A DNA stretch of 64,000 bases from Phoronis australis. Lineage: Eukaryota; Animalia; Phoronida. The notes beneath the pieces are model-generated. The model saw nothing but the letters and a program-made list of their open reading frames with translations. It did not search any database and had not been told where the DNA came from. Every line of letters begins with the position of its first letter. Position 1 is the stretch's first letter. The position numbers and the translations under genes were made by a program. Below, one piece after another: positions 1-16,200 of the stretch. The stretch is taken from NCBI GenBank assembly GCA_002633005.1, contig NMRA01000085.1, positions 674,619-738,618 of the forward strand, written 5' to 3'.

Positions 1-1296
1 TACATGACTGGTTAAACAGACCCAGACTGCAACAGCAACTATTAAGTCGAATCCACTTTATTTCAGCAAACTGTCTGATTCGTCAAAACGTCACCTGCAA
101 TTCATGTTGTTGACAAAGTCAATGAAATGTTCGCTCTCCAGACTTAGTCTATTTGTAATATCACATTTTCCAATCTTGGATGAAAGGGCATCAAAACGAA
201 TAAAATTTTGCTAGTTTATTCGCATTTTACCTACTACCGCCGCTGTCGAAGAGCGCTTCTCTCGGAACGTGCGGTTCGTATTCGTTTTGTTATTCGCATA
301 CTTTAGTATTGGCACGTACCTCTTTATACCCGTAAAATTTTCCTATTACGGTAATTCTCCACTTATTTCGTACAAGACTAATTACCAAAATAAATAAAAA
401 TTGATTCTTTTTTCATTTTTCAAAGTCTGATTTTCTTGCTGCAAATAATGCAATGTTTAACAAATATTGTTTAGACACAGTACAAACGAAGTTAGCAATA
501 GACCAATATTTTCGTAATCTTTGTTTATGAGAGCAAATTTGAAAAAATAAATAAAATTCGATTTGTACGCCATATTGTGTAATAATTTGATGGAGAATTA
601 CAGCATTGGCGTGTGTTGTTATATTCTTAGTCATGTACAGTAGATATATCGCAAAATTACATTTGTTGAGCTTGACATTAATGAAAAATTCTCTCCGTAC
701 GGTATTTTAAACCCTATCTAAGAAAAATACGTACGTTCTGATAGTCGATGGATTATTCCGGGGATAAGTTCCGTAGACCCAAGAATCTGGCGTGAAAAGT
801 GAGATCACTCAAGTCTTCGAAGGACATCGGTATTCAATACAAGCGTAGCACGTACTGTGCGGAACGCGCCGAAGCTTAATGCCTAGGTGCGTTTAATTTG
901 GGAACTCAAAATTCCGGAGACAGACAAAACTGAAGCCGAGCGTGGACGCGTAAAGTGGAACAGTCGGAGATGCATTTTTGATTGCAAGATTTAATTTAAG
1001 GCATTAATTGCTTGAACGTAGGTAGAGTTGGACTGGCCGGTCTCGTGTAAGTAAATTGCGTGCATTGGGGCATTGGAATTCTCGCTTCACAAAGATATCG
1101 TCACAGTTGAGAACAAACTAAAAAAGTATGAAATGAGAGTAACCAAAAGCCAAGCATAGGCGTTTAAAAGTGACCACTTTGCAAATTCGGGGTAGAGTGA
1201 CAGACGAACTAAGGCGTTAACGGAGGAACACGATAGTATCTTTTGTACATTTTACCAACTCTAGTCACAGCCTTCTAAAGCTCGTTGTCATGACAA

Positions 1297-4200
1297 TTAC
1301 GCAAAATAACCACAGATAAAGGCAGCGATTACGGAAAGCAATATGGCGTTGATATTGGTGAATATGCGCCATCTTGGATTCTCTGAAAGTGAGATGTGTT
1401 TCAAGAGGTTTTCGTGCGCTTCCTCGTCAGTCTCCTCATTTACTAACTCCTTCTCAATCCCGCAAATCCAGTTCACAGCCTTGCGATACCATGGCAGGTT
1501 GTGGGGAACGGCTGCAAGTATAAGATATTAGAAATACATGTTCCAGAACGATTCTCAAACCACTTATTTGCGGCCAGGATTTCAGTAATAATCGTGATTA
1601 TCACTATTCCGGTTTTCCAATAAAGAAATTTCTAGCGGATTCCGTGACTGACATCTCTGGCATGGAAAATACGTACAAGACGGGCTACAAAAGTAACATT
1701 TAAAGCACCAAAAAATCCATCTCTCCTATCACAAAAGTGATTTGGACAACTTAAGCCTGTTATGAAATAGGTCTCACATTGTTGATCCGTCAAAGTATGT
1801 GATTTCTGGGGTCTGTTTCTTGAAAGTGACGTAAGACTTGGGACAGAAATTTGGTATTACGCTCCCACTTAAGAATTCACTCAAAACGGTTTAGCCAAGT
1901 AATTATGAGTATATAACACTTAGTTTGTAGAAATTATCTCAGTAACTACCAGCTTTGTTGATATTCTGAGAGACTTTAAACTTTTGCTCAAGTGAGAGTT
2001 ATTTTTTTCCGAAACAGCCGCGTGGAGCGTCAAAGACCAACCTTCTGATCCGCTTGACCTAATTCTTAAGTCACTTTTCCTGAAACAGGACCCAGGTTTT
2101 TGAAAGAACCAGGGCTTGGAATTTTCCTCTTTTAAGAGATTTCCTCTTTTGTGGTTAGTTCAATTTCTTCTTATTTTATTTTTATTTCCTGTTTGTTCAT
2201 CTCTTTTTATCACCATTTTGACTTTATTCATGCAAAAAATGTTTCTTGCAGACAAAATTTACAACACAAAAGATGTTTCCATCACATAATCCTATTTATT
2301 TGTAGAACGATACGTCACCTGGAAATTTTCCTTTTTTGTCATGTGTCATTCGTTATTACTTGCGACTAGGCTCTAGAAAGCTCGTCACGGTGAGATATGT
2401 GTCGGGCATGGTCTCATCGAATACCAAATTGAATCTTCCGAGTTAAACGCAGGAACCAATTAAAAACCTCTACTCCCTATGTCACAGATTGGACATTATG
2501 GTGGGTGACCTATTGCCACAGTTGTCGTGTAATTCGCTAAAAGCGTAGGTCACGCTTGCTCGTTCAGCATCCTTGGGAAGGACTTTTCAAATACCCCTTC
2601 ACACTTTTGAGGGTTGTCGAGGGTTACAAAGCATTATTTCGTTTCGGAGATCAGGATGGGAAAGTCGTTTTTAGTATCTGTGTATAGGCAAGAACGGGGG
2701 TTGGTGTCCTTTTAATTATGGTGTGTTTGGATTTTTAAATATTATAAACGATCGTCTATTCAACAGGCAATGTCAGTCCTTTCGTAATCTGTTGTCTCGG
2801 ACCGGTGGAGATTGCAGTTCAAGAAAACTGAATGAAAAAATTGATCCACGGAATAGGCTAGTCGCTGACCTATACATCCATGATGAGTAGTCCAATTCTT
2901 TAATTTNACCCACCAAAGCGAACCTGCCAGACGGCCATTTCCAAGCATCAGGATACCCATAGAGCACTGTGGCAGCAAAGAAAATTGGTTACCTTTTCAT
3001 GCCCAAAATAGCTCTGGGATCCCGGTCTATGGGTGACCTATTGCCACAGTTGTCGTGTAATTCGCTAAAAGCGTAGGTCACGCTTGCTCGTTCAGCATCC
3101 TTGGGAAGGACTTTTCAAATAGCCCTCCACACTTTTGAGGGTTGTCGAGGGTTGCAAAGCATTATTTCGTTTCGGAGATCAGGATGGGAAAGTCGTTTTT
3201 AGTATCTGTGTATAGGCAAGAACGGGGGTTGGTGTCCTTTTAATTATGATGTGGTTGGATTTTTAAATATTATAAACGATCGTCTATTCAACAGGCAATG
3301 TCAGTCCTTTCGTAATCTGTTGTCTCGGACCGGTGGAGATTGCAGTTCAAGAAAACTGAATGAAAAAATTGATCCACGGAATAGGCTAGTCGCTGACCTA
3401 TACATCCATGATGAGTAGTCCAATTCTTTAATTTTTCAAAATAACCATTTAAGTTCATATTCTGTATTTTCTCTAGCGTACGCGTAATCCATACAACCAC
3501 ACAATCCTCACCATTACTGTCCTTGCTCTCAATTTCTTTGTCGACGCCATTTTGTTTGTTGTCACTGTCGGTTTTCGTCTCCAACTCGATTTCACCGTTT
3601 GCATTTCCTGGCTTTTCATCCACCTCGTCTATGTTGGCTCGCGGTTCTTTACTGTGACGAGTTCCAAATGTAAGTCGATACAGCTAAAATACATTCAGTG
3701 ACAAAATACCATCTCAGTAACATAGAGCCCGTTTTACCGAAGGTCGTAGGCCTAAGTCAAGTCGTACTAAGACGGTCGTACGTACATGTACATGTACGTG
3801 ATTGCGCGCATGCGACGTTGTCATTTTCACAAGACCTAAATATTGTAATTGACGTAATGGGCCTTAACTGCTTGCTGAGTAAGATTTTATTTTGACATAA
3901 AATGTCAACATTAAAACCAATAATACTAATTGGGCCAATATTACGTAGGGTTGTAAATTACAAAGTACTTCGAAAATTATTATCTTGCCATTGACATGGT
4001 ATGGGTGCAAACGTTGTCAAAGGGCACTGATTAATCCGAACACATAATCTTGTGAATTTTTTCAAGTGCTGAATTGCCTCCGAGGTTACCTGAATCGGAA
4101 ATAATCCCAAGACCTGCAAAATTTTTGAAAATGTAATGTGAATGTGCATTGCTATTCTTATTTGTTCATCAAACTGTCATATTAATGGCCGATACGTTCA

Positions 4201-6111
4201 ATCAACTACCGACGTCAGGGGCCACTTTTGTGAAATCTGTGACGGCTAAAATCTGAGATACTGCAGTCTTAGCTGAGACTGGACGTACGACCTTTAATAA
4301 AATAGGACCCAAGATTGTTGTAGACAAAACGCCAAAAACAGAAATTGGTGAAGTATATGGCGAAGTGTGAAGAAAGACCTTGACGTTCCAAGTTGTCCTT
4401 TTGCAAAGTTTAGAGCAGGGTTGTTATGAATTAATTATACAGAATGAGGCCAATTGTTCTTGTGGTGAATTACTTATCGGCGTGATTGATTTCAGACCAT
4501 GAGGACTGAGGCGAAGGAGCCCACAGTTGGAAGGTTTGAGGCTATTGCAATCAACATTCACGTTTTTTCTCAACATTCAGACGAAACTCAGACGACCACA
4601 CATAAATTATCGATAGCGTAATTTAAAACGATCGGCTATTTCAAGAATTTTTATTAGGCTCACGTATTTATCCTCGATAGGGGCCGTCATGATGCTGATC
4701 ACGATTGCTGACACTAAAGTGAGTGCAAACAGGAAGATGGCAAAGTAGAGATAGTGAAACTCTGTTATGATGCTCGGTCTGGGGTCAGGCTCGGTCGATC
4801 CACAAGGTGGCGCAGTGTAAGAGTATTGAATGATGAAGCGAATGCCTCCCGTCACCAGACCAATCATAAGTGCGAAGAAAGCTCCCTGTAAATAGCAAAT
4901 TTGGTATTGTAAAAGTCATTTGGCCGAAATATTTGATGCGGCTATTTCGGAAGTCGTCTATTGTTTTGATTTGTCAATTGCTGAAGTCCTTTTCGGGCAT
5001 AATCAAAACGTAAAGAAGCGCAACCGGCGCCACAGCAGCAAACACTTACACCTCACTTGATCAAGCGTACAAAGAACATTTTAAAGAGAAATTAAGTTCA
5101 GCAAAAACACTGTAGTAAAAGAATTTCTAAGATGACAAATAAAGAGTAAAATGAAATGCAGAATTTGGGTACAATCGCTTGAAATTAGGCTACGTTAGGA
5201 TAGTTCGACAAACCTTTTCGTTGAGTCGCTTCCACAAAACCCCTAAGAGGAATACGGCCATGATTGGCGGCTGGAGGAAGCTAGAAATCTCCTGAATATA
5301 AACGAAGAGCTCACTGCCCTGAGAGGCCCGGATGACTGGGATCCACACGACACTAATGGCCACTAACACGATGACGAAACATCTGGGGAAACAACAGCAC
5401 CAGTGTCATGGCTCATGGCTCATGGACAGATTCTAGAAGTTGAGGATGGTCCGAGTGAGCCTCTATCAACCGACAACAAAACAAATGACAGAGAAATTTA
5501 ATTTTACGCATAGATGTAGGTAGTTTTTCTTTAGTGGAGCAAACAAACTCCGCCCAATTCCCCATCGCCGTCAATTTCACTCTGCCCCATGGTTGATATG
5601 AGTTTAACCTCCTTCCCCTATAACCACCAGTTGTGCCTCCAACCATCATTTCTGGCTCTCCTCCCAGGACCTAGCCAGTATCGTGTAGTAGTGGTGGTGG
5701 GGCTAGCAGTAGAAGAAGAAAATAGTAGTACTAATTTAACATCAGTAGCAGTAGTTCCAGCAGCAGTAATAGTGACTGAAGGGGAAGTAAGCTTATTTAT
5801 AACGGCAGTAACATCAGTGGCAGTAGAAGTAAGTAGTAATATTAGCAGTGGTAGTGGTAGAGGTAGTGGTAAAGGTGATGGTGGTAGTGGTGGTAGTAGT
5901 GGTAGTGGTGGTGGTGGTGGTGGTAGTGCTAGTGGTAGTAGTGATGATGGTAGTGGTAGTGGTAGTACCTGTAGCAGTAACGGCAGCATTAATATAGCGG
6001 TAGTAATAGTGGTATAGCGGTAGTAATAGTGGTGGTGGTGGTAGTGGTAGCGGATAGTGGCAGCCGCAGCGGTAGTAGCGGTGTAGCGGTAGTGGTTGTG
6101 GTAGCAATAGT

Positions 6112-6143
<32 letters not shown>

Positions 6144-9100
6144 NNNNNNNNNNNNNNNNNNNNNNNNNNNNNNNNNNNNNNNNNNNNNNNNNNNNNNNNN
6201 NNNNNNNNNNNNNNNNNNNNNNNNNNNNNNNNNNNNNNNNNNNNNNNNNNNNNNNNNNNNNNNNNNNNNNNNNNNNNNNNNNNNNNNNNNNNNNNNNNNN
6301 NNNNNNNNNNNNNNNNNNNNNNNNNNNNNNNNNNNNNNNNNNNNNNNNNNNNNNNNNNNNNNNNNNNNNNNNNNNNNNNNNNNNNNNNNNNNNNNNNNNN
6401 NNNNNNNNNNNNNNNNNNNNNNNNNNNNNNNNNNNNNNNNNNNNNNNNNNNNNNNNNNNNNNNNNNNNNNNNNNNNNNNNNNNNNNNNNNNNNNNNNNNN
6501 NNNNNNNNNNNNNNNNNNNNNNNNNNNNNNNNNNNNNNNNNNNNNNNNNNNNNNNNNNNNNNNNNNNNNNNNNNNNNNNNNNNNNNNNNNNNNNNNNNNN
6601 NNNNNNNNNNNNNNNNNNNNNNNNNNNNNNNNNNNNNNNNNNNNNNNNNNNNNNNNNNNNNNNNNNNNNNNNNNNNNNNNNNNNNNNNNNNNNNNNNNNN
6701 NNNNNNNNNNNNNNNNNNNNNNNNNNNNNNNNNNNNNNNNNNNNNNNNNNNNNNNNNNNNNNNNNNNNNNNNNNNNNNNNNNNNNNNNNNNNNNNNNNNN
6801 NNNNNNNNNNNNNNNNNNNNNNNNNNNNNNNNNNNNNNNNNNNNNNNNNNNNNNNNNNNNNNNNNNNNNNNNNNNNNNNNNNNNNNNNNNNNNNNNNNNN
6901 NNNNNNNNNNNNNNNNNNNNNNNNNNNNNNNNNNNNNNNNNNNNNNNNNNNNNNNNNNNNNNNNNNNNNNNNNNNGCCCCCCCCCCCCCCCCTCCCACTA
7001 CTTCACAGTTACTGAATAAAGGTTTAGCCATATAATTACCAGCACATCACAAATCACAACCTAGAAATATTTTATGTACATGTACTCGTACATTTGATCT
7101 CAGTAACAAGAAGTAATGGGTATATTCTCACAGACTGAACACTTTTACTAAAGCGATTTAATCACTTTACAGAAATAGTTGTGTGGCGGCAACACCAGAT
7201 GTTCTGACTTAAGTCTTGAGTCACTTCTCACGAATCAGACCCTTGTGGGTAATACTGTGAACTATTACAGGCACAGCTCTCACACATGGAAATGTTAACC
7301 CACCTTCCGACAATCATCTTCTCTACGTCAGACGCCTTCGTCCCACGTATCCTTGTCCAGATGTCCATGGTGAAGATAGTGCTGCTACTGTTGAATATTG
7401 ACGTCAGGGAACTCATTAGTGCTGCCAGCATTACTGCCAGCATCAGGCCACGAGCGCCTGGGGAAAGCAACGCCGAGATTAAAAGGGGTTCTTTTTTAAG
7501 CTATTACCAAATATTAGCTATTGCCAGATCAATTAAAAACTTTCACATTCCGTGATCTTAAAAGTTTGGAGTAACTTCGAGAATTCTTTTCTACTTTCGC
7601 TACGAAAACAGTTGATGTCGTTTCTCTTGACGATACCAATTTTATTGCTTGTAAAGGCCGTCAGCACATAAAAAATTATTTGGACTGGCACAAACTTGTT
7701 TAAATACTTACCCACGGGCATAAGTTTTAGGACCAGTAACGGATATGCGATGTTGGTGCACCCTGATGGACTTTTACATAAACTCATGCAGACATCAGGA
7801 TCAGCACATCCTACCACATCTGAATAGACAACGACTGCAAGTTAGCCTGCAACCTACTGTATTTCAGTGGGGGGTTGAGGAGAAATAGCGGGGAGGAAAA
7901 GAGGGATCCCCTTTAAGACGAGCAGATGGGGAGGAGAAAAGGTATGTTGACAGTGGACAGATATTTCACTGTAGGCCTAATCAGCCATTCAGCGTGCCCG
8001 CCTTTTAGGTGAAGTTGCAGGCCTTGCTACGGCACGAACATGTTTGATTTTACATCACAGTATAATAGATCCGTTAAAAGCGAAAATCGAAGTACATGTA
8101 GGACTGTTACTTCGCTGTGATCCGATTCCGTTTCCATTACCAACTCACGTGCCACGCGAGTAGTAGGCCTATACAGTGTATGTGTCATTTTCGCACTTCG
8201 GCCCATTTTAGACTATTTTCTTGAGTCGTTGATGTTAAATCACAGTAAGGAGTATTATGAGACATATTTTATTACAGTAAAAGCCTAATTCGATTTTTTT
8301 GTTTTTCAGCCCACTGAATAAGGGGAATTGGGGCTTTAATTTTTGAAAACCTTGGTCTGGTGATTGTTTACTGAGGGTAAGAGAAATGATTCGAAATTAT
8401 TCGTAGCTTACGTCGTTCAAACTCACCTGGGAAAAGTATTCTTGCGATCATTCCTGGGAAGACAAGAAGAAAGAGAGGAAGGATCTTCAAATATCCACAG
8501 AAAACTGTTCCTGCCTTGGCGTGGCTGAAATCTTTGCCCGCTAGAGCACGCTGGACAATGACCTAGAAGAATGTTTAGAGGTTAGATATCAAGAACCAGA
8601 AAAGAGCCATCAGTCATTACCATTTAAGTTAAAAAACCTTGGTTCCCGCGTCGTAGCCTTTCTAGTTACATTCTACTGATTCACCACAGTATCACCACTT
8701 TTACAACCTATCGGCCTTCCTGGTCTAGAAGTGGTCAACTGTCGTCAATTCGTTTAACATTTCATCGCTGTCATAGTCCAACGTTTCGGTTCCAGCACGC
8801 GCCATTATTTCACTACCAGCCTGTATAGTAGCATCAATCATAATTAACTCCCCTCTTTCACAATCAAAACAGCTATGCGCATACGGCCGGTAGCCTACTA
8901 GTGCCGGATTAAGGCAACTTGCAAGCTATCCTTTTCCCTCACGTCTCTGTCGTTTTTGCCCCCCCCCCTCCCCCACTCCGCTGGTCACCGCAACTGGTAT
9001 GGACAAGGAGGCAACCGTTCAAGTGAGAGACAAGGCCCCTGGTTCAGGGGGGGGGGGTTAATTGCAGCTATAACAAACTGGATAATCAAGCAATGGTTAT

Positions 9101-10250
9101 GTCCCAGTAGGGCCTAGGTCTGATGCGATAAATTTAATTTCGATGCCGTTTTGCTGGCTTAAATTAAAACGCCAATTTTAAGTTACCTGATCAGCGCACC
9201 AGTACCACACTGAATTGATGGTCAGCCCAATAATACCGGGCCATGGAATGTCGCCCGTAATGGGGTCACGTAAAAGATGCATGTAGTCGTCACGCGGCAC
9301 ACCGCACGTGGTGTTTCCATACAAGGTTGTGTTGGGTATGGCCATGGGATATTTCTCTACCATTGCGTCATAACCTCCGACCTCGGCGAAGCCTGAATGA
9401 GAATATTGTATATCACAACTACATGTAAATAGTCACGTGTGTAGAGCTGCTTTGTGTCCTTTTACATGTGTGCTACCTGCGCCATGATATTGCCACCCAA
9501 AAATTCATAAGGACGGAAATTCATAGGCCAAAGGACAAACACTGCAATGTGGAGCAAGACGCTTTTTTAGGCATAACTCGCTACAATACGAATAAAACGA
9601 GGTAATGCCGTGATGTCGTTTTGTAGTGATTTTTGTACAAATATGGACCAATTCCTTTGGCAAAACGAAGTTATGGATCGAGGGAAAGCATCTTTGCTCG
9701 CCGGTCTGAGGTCCATCTAGTAAGATGATATGCCCAAGAAATTGTACAACATCACCTCATAAGGGAAGTCATTGTACTGCATTTTAGCCAATAAGTAGAC
9801 AGAAGTATCGGTGGTCGTTCAATCTAAATAATCTCACTAATCAATTTCACACCTATATTAAAATTTGATTTTTTTTGTCCAATTTTACTGTTGAATGCGA
9901 ACCATTTAAGTCTTTGTCTTCGTTGATTATTCATATGTTGTACATTTGGTTAGCTTCTCAATATTTACACTGCAACTTAACTAAAATTGCTGACACATTA
10001 CCAGTGCAGTTAACTATAGTGTCTTAGGCATTGCGAATGCTCAGTTTAGGCTTATCAATGATCGTCGGTTCAGAACCCAAACCATTGCAAAAATTAGTGC
10101 ATGTGTTCTGCCAATGATGAATAGCAAAATCTTATGTTCCCGATCCAAGTTCATAGGTATGTTGTGAACACCTCCCAATCTGACACAGAACATTTTTTAG
10201 AGTTTGGAATCAAATTGCTTTCAGTGACAAAAATGAATTTCCAGTAAAGC

Positions 10251-10284
<34 letters not shown>

Positions 10285-13200
10285 NGCAGTTTCCCGGCGT
10301 GATTTCGGTTTCAAAAATCTAGGGGAGAGCTGTAATGTTTCGTATTGTCGACAACAGCGCCCTCGTCAGGTCAGTACATTTCATTAGCAGTTAAGATAGT
10401 CCGACAAGGAAGGAAAGTCTGGAAATGTGTTTGATGACAGTGATATCCTTTTGGGGATGAAATTGAATACGGATGACATTTCGACTACTTTTTTTCCATC
10501 TGTGTGCCAAAGAGGCATGCAAAATGAACCTGAAATGGAATATTTGCTTCAAGTCTAGCTTCGAATGAGTTGTCAATTAATATTTTTTTAATTCAAGCAA
10601 AATGTGTTGTTTTCGTGATTAGTTTCTGTTTTGTAGTCCAACACGTTTACTGTTTTCAATTTAACAGTTTTAACAGCGTAACTTATGTTACCACAGTGTG
10701 CTTTAAGTAAACTGCGATGGAAACAACAATTTACACTGTCTTTCTACTTACTCAGCCCCATCAGTACAAATGCACCAATCACCATGATGATGGTTTGTAT
10801 GAAGTCTGTCCAAATGACAGCAGTCAAACCCCCTGAAATAGTGAAACACGTGTGTTAGTTATTCAAATTAATTTTACAAAAATCTCATTGTCTCATTGTC
10901 GCTGTTTGCGTCGTCATCAGAGTTGTTGTTGTCGTAGCCCCCAATGTCGTTATTGATGTCAACGTGTCGCAGTAGACGAGTGTCGTCGCCCTGCACCCGA
11001 AAGAACTCAAACAGGAGAAAATTATGCAGCCGCGTGAGTTACTTTGTAATTAGAACTATTCTAAGTTCCAGGATACGAATGTAGCACAAGTTGTCTCATA
11101 GGCGAACACGGGAGGTCAAAGGGGTCCGGACGACCCCTTTCTCTTGATTTTAGTAATATTAAACCTAGAATTTTCAAACTGTTGGCTTCGACCCCTTTTT
11201 AAAAAAATTGATCCGATCCCCTTTTTTAAAATATCGTGGATCCGCCCCTGTGTCTTTTTATTCATGTTTTGACATGTTTGTTCATACTGGCTGTATTCAG
11301 ACGTTGGTGATAAGCTCCTACCCGTGATGGTGAATATAGCTGCTATGGCTAACAGCACCATGATAGACAGATACATGTTCCACTGCAATGACTGCTCTAT
11401 GAAGATCGCACCCGCGTATAGATCACTCTGAAACCAAAAGAAAAAATATACATTCGTCTAGAACGAAGTCTTCGTTGTTTCTTTGTGACTTTTTACAGTT
11501 TTCAATGGAACTGATGTACAGTTGTTGGGTTAAACTTCTTTAAATAGGTAAAATACAAAAATTGTGGTATGCGTGTATTTCTTTTTGATTTCTGACAGGC
11601 GCATCGTAGCCCGAGTGCGACATAAGTCTTATATATTACAGTAATAGCCAATCAAAAGCCAGGAATAATTACTGTAATATATATTTATAACTGTACTTAA
11701 TATTTATTCCAAAAATAAATGTTCATTACTGGAATAAATCAAGAAATCTGATGCCAGAAATAATTACAGTAGTAAAAATTTATTACAATAATTAGTATTT
11801 ATTCCAGTTAATAAATATTTAGAAGAGCAATCACTCCTGGCTTCTGATTGGCTAAAGAGTTATTACTGAAATAAATCGCGAATCATTATTGTCATAAATA
11901 GGGCTTTTGCCCCAGTTGGCCCATGATACTCAGGGTCAGAGGTCAATGCTATTTTGTAATAATACCTCGTCGCTTTTCTTTACTCGTTCCTATCGAAGGT
12001 GTGCACCAGTACCCGAGAAAGCACATGGAAAAACAACCGTGTTGTGACTGTCTGTCTCTCACGAGTACGTTACAAAGAATAAATCGGTAAATGCCCGTCA
12101 TTCGATTATAGTAAACCAGCATTTTAATATTTTTGTCTCCTGATGCAGTAAAAAATACTAACTGAGTTTCCGGTGGTTTCGATGAAAAAACCGTGATCTC
12201 GGAAAATTAAAACGGAAGGTTAATTTTAAATTGACTTGTAGCCAAATGAACGAAAATGTGCTCTGTGGGTGCTATTATTTGATTTGCCAATGCAATGAAG
12301 AATACAGAGAGAATGAGAAAACAAAAGGGTTAATACATTTTTTTCACAAAATTTCGTTTTTTTTTTCAAATATCTAATGTTTCGTAGGATCTTACCGGCA
12401 AGCGTGTGCATTCAGCCTAAAGTCTACAAAACTATAAAATAACTCGGGAAAATATTAATTTGAATTTAGGAAGTCAGAGGAATTTGAGATTTAACTTTAT
12501 CCAGTCTGCCACTGATTTCGTCACGTTACCATCCATTTTTAGAAAAAAAAAACAAAGATAAGTCGGCATCAGTCACGTGACCAAATTTCATCTGATATAA
12601 GTGTTCAGGATAAAATCTCAAAAACGCTATCAGATTATTAAATTATCATTTCGTTTTCGCTACATGCGGTTTTTTATGAAAAATACAAAGAAGTCCTGTT
12701 GTCGTCTGCTTCTCTTGCATAAGTCTATTGGAGAACAGCGCATAACGTATAGTGTCTGAAAGTTTCATTTGAGTACAATGTTGGACTATAATTTTCTATG
12801 GTCCCACATAGCCGCCTGTTGATCTTAGACGTTATTGGCGTTTATTTGTCAAGTCAGCTCGTTATTGACTGTGATTGCTTACCGAAATTTTTGTGAGTAT
12901 GTACATTAGCAGCGCCAAAATGGCCAAGTATACTTGAATACGTTTCCCTCCAAACCTCAGTTTGAGATATTCGGGCATGGTGTAAACCTGGAAGGAACAA
13001 AGAAAGATGTTCGCGAAAACAGAATGTTAAAAGTCGTGGAGTGTCAACGTCCAGTGGCAGGCTTTAGTCCAACTGTGTCAGTAAAATTACGTGATATTCA
13101 CTTCCAACGCAATGGTTGCAAAGTATATCCATACTGTTTGATTGTATTCCGACGGTCTTCTGTTGTGAGCATATAAAATGACACAAGATAGTGACCGTGG

Positions 13201-16200
13201 ATTTGCAATTATGTTACATTTAATAATCATCTCAAAAATATATTTTGAAACCCGACTGCGCTAATAATGATGCTAACAGTGACGAATGAGTCGAAAATGA
13301 TCCCAAGGTAACAGGGCCCTTTAGACAAAATTAAGATTTATGAAATAAATGTCAGAAGTACATGGACCTTTGTATTCAGAACACTTCAGGTATTTTTGTT
13401 GCCTGTCTTTAATTCCCCTCGCAAGTGAGTGTTCCCTGGGCATGTGCGAACTTACCCGGCCAATTATTATCCAGTGTGAAAGTAACATGACCTGCTGTAA
13501 GACTGAAGTCTGCACATGTGCAGATAGCTTGCACCTACGACGGGATTTTGAGGCTACGAAAATGCCCGAGGTGTCCAAATGAGAAAAAACTAAAATGTTT
13601 CTGCTTATATTCGTCAACACGCTGTTTTATCCAAATGTCGGCTTTTGTGTAAAAATCTCAAGAGAGTGCTCACCCCTGCTGCAATATACACTGGTACGAA
13701 CAACCATCCCAGCAGCAACAGTACAAATATAGCCTGAAATGAATATTTACAGTAATTAGTACGGCCTGAGAGCACTATATGACGAGTATCATGGCGTTGT
13801 ACCCGTAAGAAACTTGCGAAAATGCAAGATCCCACAAAACCACGCAATGTAACTAGATTATAAGGCGAGTGCTTCGCGAGTATGCTCAGGAAACCAGTAG
13901 AGTATTCTAGCAAAATGGCGGTCACTGAAGTGATTGGTCAGTGAGGTTGGCGTGTTGAATTATGGGATAAAATTCAGTATTTCCGGTGCATAAGAGAAGA
14001 TTTCTCGCCGTAATTAGTGCTTCTAGAGTGTTTTGTGTCTACGCAAATCTCCTCAGTAGTATGCGCGCACTTTTGCCCACGTGCTAGTACGTGAACCTGA
14101 GGTTATAATTATCCAAATTAAGTCGCATGCGTGCGATAAGACAAAAACAAACAACTGCACTGGTTAGAAGATTGGGGTTCATACTTGACCTTGCTAAACA
14201 AGCAGTGGTTGAATACACCTTGAATAAGCAATTAATTTTAAAAATTGCGCTCATGAGGTTGTTTTTTAGAATAAAGAGGTAAGTGATTGGGTGACTCTTT
14301 TGCACTAGGCTCGAGGTTTCCGGATATTTTCATTGAACACACAACTGCTAAGTAACCATAGTTGCAGGAATACTTACGTTTAATTCGTATATTGCTATGG
14401 AAATTCCATTGGATGCACCTGATCCAGCGAGCCCGACAAAATGAATGCTCCCAATGTTACTTGCAAAAAGAGACGCTCCAAGCTGAAAATGGAATTGTAT
14501 AAATGGACAAAAATGAACACATGTTCTTCATTTTCGTTATAGTGAACTGGGCGACATCCACTTGCATTCTGCTACATAGAATTGAACAACAGTACGTCAT
14601 TGCTTGGGTAGGACGTACATGTAGTTCGGTGCTATTCGTGGCAAGTCTTCTTGGACATAACACGTCCATGAAACCGTTGAATTTCGTTTTCCCCAACCAT
14701 TTGGCTAAATTTACCACTGTCTGTTTTGACAGGAAGGAAATAACGGAATGACTTAGAGCGGCATTTTGTTGCGTGTTGAAACTCCGAAGCGAGAGAAGTA
14801 ACGAATAAACGGCCTGGGTCAAATCAATGTTTTGCATTCACCAATTTTGCACCTACATGTATACTTTTTTGCAGCTGAGTACGGGTATGGTAATTACGAA
14901 AATTATTCCACGAAACTGAAATAAACTGGCTTTCACGATTTTTCTTTGTTGGTCAAGTTCCGATTCTCCTGTATTTGGACACGGTTTGCACGTGTGTTTT
15001 CTACTTGCTGTTCGGCTGGCATTTCATCTGCCATACGCATGCAAATATGCACGTGCAAAAATGTCCTCCAGGAACAATTTTTCAAAACTTTCGGAAGCAT
15101 TGCCAAAGTAAATATGCACGTAGCTCTAATGCTGCACATGTGAACACAAAATCTGAGGGATGGAAATCACAATTTACATCAAAAAAGCGCGCAACATTAT
15201 TAAAAATTTAGTGAGGTTTCACTTCAATAAGCCTTATCTAGAATAATCAGCCAATCGATCCTGTTCGTCAGGCAAAGCCATGAACATTTTCCTGGTAGTT
15301 TATCTCTGTTTAAGGACAGTTGATGTCCTTGACATCTCCAAATAATTTCCCATAACCAGATAAAACCTTTACACATGCACAAGCCAGTACATGTCGTCCA
15401 CCAATCTCATATTGGGACGTTTTATCATTGCGACGTGCAATAACTTCCCATGTCACTTCTTTGTCTTTCTGAAATCTTCTACAGATTCGTGATTTTCGAA
15501 TTTTTTGCGACACGATGCTTCCATCAGTCTTGTGCTCGATCAATGTCCACAAAATGTTATCAGATGATAACCCAAAGAGTAACCCCCCAGGAATGATCCA
15601 AACAACAAGTTATCGTGGAATGGTCCTTTTTGTGGATAAAATCACTTTTTACTCATGGCGACGGTCCTTTCGACAACGAGGATGGAGGACGCAAGTGCTG
15701 CTTTTAATAAAAGCCTTGTGAAAGCGTAGTAAACTTTGATTTACACATGTGACAAAATTTTAATTATAAGCAAATTTAGTCAAGTATCCTGTCCATGTAG
15801 ACGTCAAAAATAGTCGAAAACGCCCGTACTAAGTCATCTCGTGATATCAGTGAGGACTGCGCCTCGTAGACACTAGAAAATCACGAGAACAAATATTGTG
15901 ATCACGTGCTTTGTATGTAATGCACGGCGATATCTCGCTAAGACTTGCCTATTTTTTAGTTTTTCCGAGTTTCGTGTCTCTACGGACACAGAACCTTTGC
16001 AAACGTAAAAGGAGATCTTGCCAACAACGAGATACGTGAACTTGTTATCTGTGTCACATTGAACCTGTTTACAAACAAATCGATTTACTCCATCAAGTTA
16101 ACAACCATGAATATTTTTTCCATAGACACAAGCAGACCCCACAACTCCTGAACTTCACAAAACTATTCGAATGTTTAATGATGACGTATTTGTCACTATT

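Noticed and set aside
5413-7031. Long ORFs with poly-G/S/T/P/L tracts
   Set aside because: Translations of a trinucleotide microsatellite and an N gap inside an intron.
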